In this document: positions 57,493 through 64,000 of the stretch, piece after piece | Layout of the letters: every line of letters begins with the position of its first letter | Numbering within the stretch: the first letter of the stretch is position 1 | DNA from: Candidatus Omnitrophota bacterium | Lineage (GTDB): Bacteria > Omnitrophota > Gorgyraeia > Zapsychrales > Zapsychraceae | Direction: 5' to 3' | DNA: 64,000 nt | Assembly: GCA_050250375.1 (NCBI GenBank) | Contig: JBFWOS010000002.1 | Location: 282,980-346,979, forward strand | Program-made: the position numbers and the translations under genes | The notes under the pieces: model-generated | Databases searched by the model: none | The model's input: only the letters and a program-made list of their open reading frames with translations | Told to the model about the DNA's origin: nothing

Positions 57493-59571
57493 ATGCATTT
57501 ACGGTTAATCTTAACCAGTTTCATATTTTTTATGATCGTTGTTAAATCCGGTGATGCGGAAATTATCAAGATCCCCATTCCGGACCAGATTCAGTCGTTT
57601 ATGGATGAACGGCATTATAACCCGGCTGAGATTGACACGCTTTCCCTTCCGCCGAATACAAACAGGGAAGAAACTTATTTCATCGATGGAACGAACGGGA
57701 ATGACGAGTGGAACGGCCTGTTTCCGCGACACACCCATGGGAATAACGGACCGTTTAAAACAATTTCACGAGCGTCGGGGCGTTATGATGCGCATAAGAC
57801 GGGTGAACGGATATTGATAAAATCCGGATATTATAGGGAGGGGTTTGGGATCGGAAATTTAACCGGCCCACTCGATGAATTACATTATAATTCCTGGGGG
57901 CCTTATGGAGACGGCGAGGTTGTGATTGATGTCAGCCAGACTCCGGGGCTTGATGAATTTACGCAGTTCAACAATCAGGTGTGGAAGGCTGCGGTTAACA
58001 AGAAATGGCCGGGGTTTCCCGTCAGCAGTGTCTATTGGGCGGTGATGGACTGGGACCACCGGTCCTGCCGGCAGGCGATCGGATATAAAGGGAGCGACAA
58101 CGGGGGCACTAAAAACAGAGCCACGTCTCTGGTCGATAGCACCAAAGATTTTAAACAATATAAAAAAGAAGCCGGGTCCGGCCTGACGGATTTTATCGGA
58201 GCTTACATCTGGAATATTACAGACGGGTCCTGGGGTGTGGTTAGTTCAGTCACCACAACAAAAAACAAGAATGACACGTTGAATATTAAGAACGGATTGT
58301 CCGGCGGTAAAAATAATCTTTTTAACCCCGGAGATTCATATGCGGTTTATCAGCTTGACCGTGACGGGAAATTCGCCAATGTCGCAGATTCATTTTATAT
58401 TGTTTCCACTAAAGGAGAACCCCGCACCAGAAACTTAATCGCTAACAGTGGGGATTGGGACAATGCCTATGTTCCGATTTATTTGGAATCAAATCGGAAT
58501 TATTTTTATGGATTAACTATTGTTGGAGCTCCTTCCATTGGAATTATGACGGTGGGATTTGGAGGGCAACATACAATTTTTGAAAAATGCAGATTTTTGT
58601 TTACCGGAAAACATGCGACATCAGCTTTTGGAAACAATATTAAATCCATAAAATGGATTAAAAATTTCTTTTACGCGAACGTCATGATGAATTGGCCCAG
58701 GGGGAACACCTGGGGCGGAAACGGAGGGTGGCCGAATAATATCGGGGGAGGAGGTTCTCCCGAAACGGTGGCTTTAATTGAAGGAAATATAATTCTGAAC
58801 GGCGGCGGGGAAGGGCTGAATTCCGCCAGCGTCATAAAAGATAATATTGTCGTTGATAATTACAGTATGAATATTTACGCTGGGGACGGTCCGGTGATTG
58901 AGTCAGGGTATGAAATTTCTCATAATGATGTCATTTATACGGGGTACAGACCAGAAGATGCGCTGGAACGGTTTTATCTGGATGCGTCGTATAATGGCTT
59001 TCAACGGAATTATGTCAAGATGCATCCGAACGGAATTACTATCGCTTCGGAAAGAAGCGGAGGAGGGCATGCTCCTAAGGGGTTCAGGATCAAAAGTAAC
59101 AATATCATCGGATGCTGGAATGGAATTTCCGGTTATTTTGAGGTGCCCACGGCCGGATTTCAGAATTCTGTGATTGAGAATAATATAATCGTTGCCATGA
59201 CATCTCAGGATAGCCCGCCTTTATTGTATACAGAAAGTGCAGGGCTACAACTCCGGGCCAGAAAAGGGATAGATTTTAATACAGTCGTACGGAATAACCG
59301 GATTATAGGGGCAAACAATATGGACGGACATCACCAAATCATTTTAATTTACGGAAAAGATTATCCGGGTATTTCTGTCGATCATAATATTTATTCGTTT
59401 CCGGGAAATGATTCGTTCATGACGGATAGCGGGAAAAAGACGTTTGCCCAATGGAAGGCCTTGACCGGATATGACAAGAATTCTAAATTGACAGATGATC
59501 CGGGACTGGCAGGAAGGGACTGGACCGATTCTTCTAAAATCTTTAAACAGCATCTCCAGGTACGAGAGTAA
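57493..59571 (+). CDS. secreted right-handed parallel beta-helix repeat protein (polysaccharide lyase/hydrolase-like)
   Basis: Signal peptide. Repeated NNIIV/NNRIIG/GNIILNGGGEG beta-helix rungs. Confidence 0.45.
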   Translation: MHLRLILTSFIFFMIVVKSGDAEIIKIPIPDQIQSFMDERHYNPAEIDTLSLPPNTNREETYFIDGTNGNDEWNGLFPRHTHGNNGPFKTISRASGRYDAHKTGERILIKSGYYREGFGIGNLTGPLDELHYNSWGPYGDGEVVIDVSQTPGLDEFTQFNNQVWKAAVNKKWPGFPVSSVYWAVMDWDHRSCRQAIGYKGSDNGGTKNRATSLVDSTKDFKQYKKEAGSGLTDFIGAYIWNITDGSWGVVSSVTTTKNKNDTLNIKNGLSGGKNNLFNPGDSYAVYQLDRDGKFANVADSFYIVSTKGEPRTRNLIANSGDWDNAYVPIYLESNRNYFYGLTIVGAPSIGIMTVGFGGQHTIFEKCRFLFTGKHATSAFGNNIKSIKWIKNFFYANVMMNWPRGNTWGGNGGWPNNIGGGGSPETVALIEGNIILNGGGEGLNSASVIKDNIVVDNYSMNIYAGDGPVIESGYEISHNDVIYTGYRPEDALERFYLDASYNGFQRNYVKMHPNGITIASERSGGGHAPKGFRIKSNNIIGCWNGISGYFEVPTAGFQNSVIENNIIVAMTSQDSPPLLYTESAGLQLRARKGIDFNTVVRNNRIIGANNMDGHHQIILIYGKDYPGISVDHNIYSFPGNDSFMTDSGKKTFAQWKALTGYDKNSKLTDDPGLAGRDWTDSSKIFKQHLQVRE

Positions 59572-59611
59572 TCAAGAATAAATATTTTTGTTACGCAAAC
59601 CGGGATAAAAT

Positions 59612-59648
59612 AAAAAACCCTTACTCATAAGAGTAAGGGTTTTTTATT
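59612..59648. terminator. bidirectional rho-independent terminator between convergent genes
   Basis: aaaaaaccCTTACTCataaGAGTAAGGgttttttat: a 9-bp stem with a 4-nt loop, flanked by A-run and T-run. Confidence 0.75.
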
Positions 59649-59667
59649 GAATTGGAGTAGAAAAAAC

Positions 59668-60279
59668 TTATGCTAATTTTCGTCGGCGTAAACCTAAAGC
59701 ACCCATCATGCCGGAAACGAATAATAATGAAGTGGCCGGTTCAGGAACCACGGCTTCGCGTGTGACGATTTTGAATTTCACACCGTCATTCCAGTAATGG
59801 CAGTCAGGATCAAATCCGAAACCGATCCGACCGTCGTTTAATGAATAATTCTTTAAGGTAGCCAGCTGATCAGCCGTAAAGTTATACACATAATTTTCAG
59901 CCGGGCCGGGATAATCGTTCAGATCGGTAAAGGTATCAAGCAGGATATCGTCACCTGGCCAGCTGGCGAAATTATCACCGCCGCCCTGATTGTCTTCAAA
60001 TGTGGTGACTCCCAATGTTGCGGAATCCAATAAATGGATGTAGAGGATATCTTGTTCTACGGTCCAGTTATTGATATTTTTGATGGAAAGGGTTGCGCTG
60101 ACGATCTGCTGGTTGGCCGGAAGAAGCCAGTTAACGCCCCAAGTATAATATTTATAATGATCCAGGTCATACAAATCAGCCGGTGATGGTGTGAATGTAT
60201 AGATGGCTGCAAAGGCTTTATTCACAGCCACACCGGTCAGGATAACGGTTAATAGAATAATCACTAAGTTTTTTCGCAT
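59668..60279 (-). CDS. PEP-CTERM sorting-domain protein (exosortase substrate)
   Basis: Signal peptide. C-terminal VPEPATSLLFVSGMMGALGLRRRKLA (PEP motif, TM helix, basic cluster). Confidence 0.75.
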   Translation of the reverse strand: MRKNLVIILLTVILTGVAVNKAFAAIYTFTPSPADLYDLDHYKYYTWGVNWLLPANQQIVSATLSIKNINNWTVEQDILYIHLLDSATLGVTTFEDNQGGGDNFASWPGDDILLDTFTDLNDYPGPAENYVYNFTADQLATLKNYSLNDGRIGFGFDPDCHYWNDGVKFKIVTREAVVPEPATSLLFVSGMMGALGLRRRKLA

Positions 60280-60652
60280 AGGTCAAACCTCCAATATTTA
60301 GTATACTTTTAAATAAGCAATTTTTATGCCAACAACAAAATATAATTTAAATTGTTTAATTACAATATGTTATGGTAATTTATATATTTCTTCCATTTTA
60401 AAATGTTTAAAAAATACCCGATTTTGTCAAAGTTTTTCAACATCTAATTATATATTCGTTTATTAATTAATTCATAATCTGTGGATAACTGAGTTTATTT
60501 TTTGGTGTTTTATCATAAAAAGATGGGAAATGTGGTTATACGTAAAACCATTTTGAAAAATCAGATATTTCTGTTTGACTTATCTTGTTGTATCCCTGAT
60601 ATATTTGTGGCATACTTAGGTCTAAATTTGACTTGTAAGGAAAGTTGTTGTT

Positions 60653-62521
60653 ATGTGCGGAATTTTTGGGTTATTGCATCACCATTCGGATCAGCCTCCG
60701 GATACCGGTTTGTTAAATGTCTCGGCTAAAAAATTAAGCCATCGCGGCCCCGATAACCAGACTGTATTTACGGACAAAGGCGTCGGGTTTGTTCATACGC
60801 GGTTATCGCTGCTTGACCTGTCGGAACGAAGTAACCAGCCTTTTTTCAGCCGTACCAGATCCCATTGCCTGGTGTATAACGGCGAGATTTACAATTTTGT
60901 GGAAATTCGTGAAGAGTTGGAAAAAAAGGGGATTACGTTTCGTACGACCAGTGACACGGAAGTCGTGCTTGAGGCGATGCTGCATTACGGTTACAAAGAG
61001 GCCGTAAAACGCTTTGACGGAATGTTCTCGTTGGCCCTGTACGATTTCGCGGCTGAAACCCTGACCCTTGTCCGTGACCGGTTCGGGATCAAACCGTTAT
61101 TTTATTACGACCAGGATGACCGGTTTATCTTCGCTTCCGAATTATCGGCCCTGGTGCCGTGGATCAAACCTGAAGCAAATATACCGTCGATCATTTTCTT
61201 TATACAGGGGTTCGGCGGCCCGACCAAAGGACCGACTTTCTTACAGCATGTCCGCATTTCCGAGCCCGGAGAGATCATCACCGTTCAAAAAGGAAGGCGG
61301 GCCAGTTTTAAAACAGCGGTCACGATCACGGACCTGTATGACAAAGAGTACACACAGTCCCTGAGTACCCTGAGTCCCGGGCAGATTATTGACAAGGCCG
61401 ATGAACTTTTGTTTTCGTCCGTCAAAAAACAACTGGTGGCGGACGTTCCTGTCGGGGCGTTCTGCAGCGGAGGGGTTGATTCTTCGGTCGTCATGGCCAT
61501 GGCCAGCCGGCTCCATGGTGACCTGGCCATCTTTCACGCCAATGTTTTGGGAAAATACAGTGAACTGGACGCGGCGAAGATGCTGGCCGCGCATCTGAAA
61601 CTGGATCTGAAATTTATCGATACATCCGATCAGGATTTTATTACACTGATCCCTGAAATCATTCACCATTACAGTCATCCCTATGTTTATCATCCGAATT
61701 CAATCCCGTTTTATAAAGTGTCCCAGCTGGTCCGGCAAAACCGGATCAAGGCGGTTTTATCAGGGGAAGGGTCCGATGAATGTTTTATCGGGTATCCCTG
61801 GCTGATTCCCAACACCAAAGAAAATTTCAAAGGGATTTTCCGGCAGTCCCTGCTGTATTCGATCAAACAACTGGCCGACCGGCTGAGGGGGAAGATCCTG
61901 GCCGAGAAGAAAAATGATGATTCCGACAATATCCTCAATTTTCTGGAAGTCCGTTTGGGAGACATTAATATTCAGAATATGTTGTCGGAAAACAATACTC
62001 GGGAATTTGACAAAAAAGATATGATTACATTAAATCAGCTTCATTATCACCTGCGCACATTGCTGCATCGTAACGATTGCCTGGGGATGTCCTCCAGCAT
62101 TGAGTCCCGGTTTCCGTTTCTGGATCTCGGGGTGGTCAAATTTGCCGTCAACCTGCCGTATCAATACAAGGTCAGGTTTTCGCCGTCTTACCGGCATGAT
62201 ACGCATGAGTTCCTGGTGGATAAATGGATTCTCAGGTCCGTGGCCGCCCGTTATTTACCCAAAGGCCTCGCTTATCGCCGGAAAATAGGATTTCCGACCA
62301 ATGCCCAGTCCCGCATGAAAATCCCGCTGGAATTCTTTGAGAAGGCCTTTGTCTGCAGTCTATTTGACTTGTCGAAAAAAGAGTTTTCGGATTTCTACAC
62401 TCACGCCAGCCAGAATGTCAAACTCAAACTCATGCAGACAGAGATCTGGGCGCAGTTATTTATTCACCAAGTACCCATTGAAAAATTAAAAGACGATTTA
62501 ACAAAAAAAATAACGTACTAA
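60653..62521 (+). CDS. asparagine synthetase family amidotransferase (second paralog)
   Basis: MCGIFGLL Ntn Cys. SGGVDSS PP-loop. 622 aa. Divergent from the PEP-CTERM gene across an AT-rich 370-bp region. Confidence 0.75.
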   Translation: MCGIFGLLHHHSDQPPDTGLLNVSAKKLSHRGPDNQTVFTDKGVGFVHTRLSLLDLSERSNQPFFSRTRSHCLVYNGEIYNFVEIREELEKKGITFRTTSDTEVVLEAMLHYGYKEAVKRFDGMFSLALYDFAAETLTLVRDRFGIKPLFYYDQDDRFIFASELSALVPWIKPEANIPSIIFFIQGFGGPTKGPTFLQHVRISEPGEIITVQKGRRASFKTAVTITDLYDKEYTQSLSTLSPGQIIDKADELLFSSVKKQLVADVPVGAFCSGGVDSSVVMAMASRLHGDLAIFHANVLGKYSELDAAKMLAAHLKLDLKFIDTSDQDFITLIPEIIHHYSHPYVYHPNSIPFYKVSQLVRQNRIKAVLSGEGSDECFIGYPWLIPNTKENFKGIFRQSLLYSIKQLADRLRGKILAEKKNDDSDNILNFLEVRLGDINIQNMLSENNTREFDKKDMITLNQLHYHLRTLLHRNDCLGMSSSIESRFPFLDLGVVKFAVNLPYQYKVRFSPSYRHDTHEFLVDKWILRSVAARYLPKGLAYRRKIGFPTNAQSRMKIPLEFFEKAFVCSLFDLSKKEFSDFYTHASQNVKLKLMQTEIWAQLFIHQVPIEKLKDDLTKKITY

Positions 62522-62554
62522 TCGTATAAATAGCATCAGAACTCCGCAAGTCCA

Positions 62555-62571
62555 AAACGACACTATTTTTT
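62555..62571. repeat. 17-bp repeat AAACGACACTATTTTTT, left boundary of the toxin cassette
   Basis: Direct copy at 63685..63701. Inverted near-copy at 63497..63517. Confidence 0.55.
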
Positions 62572-63186
62572 CGCCGGTGGGATACAGAATCGAGCATATA
62601 CCATTACCGCGCGAGGCAGTATGACCCTAGTATCGGCAGGTTTTTGCAGAGGGATCCGTTGGACTACATTGATGGAATGAATCTTTATACTTATGTTCAT
62701 AACAACCCAACTAATTTTACAGACCCAACAGGTGAAGCATGGTGGATACCAATTATTGAAGGTGCTTTATTTGCATATGATACTTATGGATTAATTTCAA
62801 CCTTTAGTGATCCGTGTGCAAGCGGTGCAGAAAAGGCTGCTGTTGGAGCAGCATGGACTGCTGGGGCTTTATCTTTTGGAGATGGGACTACTTTAGCGGC
62901 ACGAAGAGCAGCACAAGAAGCCGCTGAAAGAGCCTCTAGTCAATTTAGTAAGAAAATTACAAAACAAATAAGTGAAAGGGGCTGGACAAAAGAATCAATT
63001 CACTCTACGATATTAAATCCTACTCAAAGAAAGACTGCTATAAATAAAGCTACCGGCAATAAAGCAACTGCATTTTTTAGTAAAGATGGCTCATATGTTG
63101 TGAAAGATGATGTTACTGGTGACATAATACAAATTAGTGACAAAACTGACCCATTTTGGGTTCCAGATAGTAGCATTGGGAGATAA
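62572..63186 (+). CDS. orphan Rhs/YD-repeat core-tip fragment fused to a polymorphic toxin C-terminal domain; no full rhs gene upstream
   Basis: The frame is open from 62530. ...YHYRARQYDPSIGRFLQRDPLDYIDGMNLYTYVHNNPTNFTDPTGE is the hyper-conserved Rhs core end (DPxG cleavage region). About 140 aa of unrelated sequence follows. Low GC. Confidence 0.6.
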   Translation, partial: RRWDTESSIYHYRARQYDPSIGRFLQRDPLDYIDGMNLYTYVHNNPTNFTDPTGEAWWIPIIEGALFAYDTYGLISTFSDPCASGAEKAAVGAAWTAGALSFGDGTTLAARRAAQEAAERASSQFSKKITKQISERGWTKESIHSTILNPTQRKTAINKATGNKATAFFSKDGSYVVKDDVTGDIIQISDKTDPFWVPDSSIGR

Positions 63187-63191
63187 AAGTT

Positions 63192-63494
63192 ATGAAAAAT
63201 TTTAACAAGGTAGAGTTAGAATTTAAGGAGGTGGGAACGATAAGAGGGGGTATTTTATTCTTGCCATTGGATAAGGCTATCAAGATTGTCAATCGTGCTG
63301 AGCAAGAAGGAATTGGAATACTAGGTATAGATGCGTTTTATTTAAAAAGTGATAAAACACAACCTTCAATGGATGATTCAAAGGAGTTTAAATTTGAGGA
63401 CAACACAGATTATGATGAAGTAAGAACATTTCTTAAAAATAAGAGCGAGAATAAAGAGCTTTGGTTTGAGGTGGTTTTTGATGAGAAGGAATAA
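63192..63494 (+). CDS. putative cognate immunity protein
   Basis: 100-aa acidic ORF 5 bp downstream of the toxin domain, with the same low GC. Position and size are typical of Rhs/CDI immunity genes. Confidence 0.4.
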   Translation: MKNFNKVELEFKEVGTIRGGILFLPLDKAIKIVNRAEQEGIGILGIDAFYLKSDKTQPSMDDSKEFKFEDNTDYDEVRTFLKNKSENKELWFEVVFDEKE

Positions 63495-63496
63495 GA

Positions 63497-63517
63497 AAAT
63501 AATAGTGTCGTTTCTCG
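63497..63517. repeat. inverted near-copy of the cassette boundary repeat (AAAATAATAGTGTCGTTTCTC)
   Basis: The reverse complement matches GAGAAACGACACTATT(T/A)TTTT at 63682..63702. Confidence 0.45.
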
Positions 63518-63684
63518 CAAAGTACTTAAATCTGGGTATTTATAAATAATTCAATTAAGTGATGACATATCGAAACGGCTTCAAGACCAGATCATGGAGT
63601 TATTACCCAAAAAACGAAAAAGAGGGAGTCCTCGAAATCGTGATTTGAATTTAGTATAAATAATTGTATAATCAAGACTTCTGA

Positions 63685-63701
63685 GAAACGACACTATTTT
63701 T
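63685..63701. repeat. 17-bp repeat AAACGACACTATTTTTT, right boundary of the toxin cassette
   Basis: Identical to 62555..62571. Overlaps the stop codon of the MBOAT gene on the minus strand. Confidence 0.55.
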
Positions 63702-64000
63702 TATATCCATTTATGAATGAGCGGATGTTTGTTGAGACTGAACATTTTTGTGAGACGCTGCCTGTACGGTTGTAAAACTAACGAGAATACCAGATAAAGC
63801 CCATGGAGGGCTCCCCAAATGATAAAAGTCCAGCGGGCGCCATGCCAAAGCCCGCTGACTAGAAAGATGATCAGCAAATTACAATACCACCGGATTTTTC
63901 CTAAACGATTTCCTCCCAAAGGAATGTACATATAGTCTCGGAACCATGTGGACAAGGATATGTGCCAACGGCGCCAGAATTCTGCAATGGACTGCGAAAA
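63701..64000 (-). CDS. MBOAT family O-acyltransferase (AlgI/DltB-like), C-terminal part; gene continues past the window edge
   Basis: Read-through beyond the ORF-track TTG start gives [32 protein letters not shown]...[19 protein letters not shown]. Confidence 0.7.
   Translation of the reverse strand, partial: FSQSIAEFWRRWHISLSTWFRDYMYIPLGGNRLGKIRWYCNLLIIFLVSGLWHGARWTFIIWGALHGLYLVFSLVLQPYRQRLTKMFSLNKHPLIHKWI

Noticed and set aside
63518-63684. Short ORF fragment (MELLPKKRKRGSPRNRDLNLV) between the inverted and direct 17-bp repeats, considered as a transposase N-terminal remnant
   Set aside because: Only about 21 codons before a stop. A basic stretch alone is insufficient, so it was left unannotated.
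1-64000. Search for CRISPR arrays, rRNA, IS transposases, RM or other known defence genes
   Set aside because: No direct-repeat/spacer periodicity, no rRNA-like conserved blocks and no transposase or Cas-like motifs were seen. Only a possible KKRKRGSPR-encoding fragment near 63590 was noted, and it is too short to call.

Overview
This 64 kb window looks like chromosomal DNA from a diderm (Gram-negative-type) bacterium of moderate GC content. It uses the standard genetic code, because both TGA and TAG serve as stop codons at many gene ends. Genes are dense and mostly on the + strand.

Main blocks, in order:
- 1..6014: a partial tRNA-Arg(ACG) at the left edge, then a sensor histidine kinase, tadA, an SNase-like protein, an HTTM-domain membrane protein, a PIG-L deacetylase and a GNAT acetyltransferase.
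- 6323..25195: a 19 kb, co-directional Wzx/Wzy-type exopolysaccharide locus. It encodes an outer-membrane barrel protein, a Wza exporter, a Wzc co-polymerase/tyrosine kinase, a Wzx flippase, four GT4 glycosyltransferases, an EpsG/Wzy-like polymerase, an AsnB-type amidotransferase, a GNAT-ATP-grasp fusion, a HAD hydrolase, a DUF218 protein, a PglC-like priming transferase, a DegT aminotransferase and a PglF-like dehydratase. A D-2-hydroxyacid dehydrogenase follows.
- 26316..27085: a GIY-YIG (YhbQ-like) protein, then a tRNA-Ser(GCT) embedded in an array of quasi-palindromic hairpin repeats.
- 27217..44532: accessory membrane and cell-envelope genes. These include a MOT1-like transporter, two ATP-grasp-like proteins, a TPR-GT-C membrane protein, tex, a single-domain response regulator, a second HTTM protein, an MBOAT/SGNH acylation pair in which the MBOAT is broken by one in-frame TAG, and a membrane SpeE-like protein.
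- 44585..52013: housekeeping genes, namely a YfcH-like epimerase, a DUF503 protein, dnaX, recR, a truncated-HemC/CobA/HemD fusion and hemL.
- 52052..62521: more glycosyltransferases, a secretin operon, a beta-helix secreted protein, a PEP-CTERM protein and a second AsnB paralog.
- 62555..63701: a low-GC orphan Rhs-tip toxin/immunity cassette bounded by 17-bp repeats, then a second MBOAT gene running off the right edge.

No CRISPR array, rRNA or clear transposase was found. The observations most worth a second look are the tRNA-Ser/hairpin-repeat/GIY-YIG locus, the repeat-bounded orphan Rhs toxin cassette, the GNAT-ATP-grasp plus AsnB sugar-decoration chemistry in the EPS locus, and a 20-mer palindromic motif shared by two distant intergenic regions.
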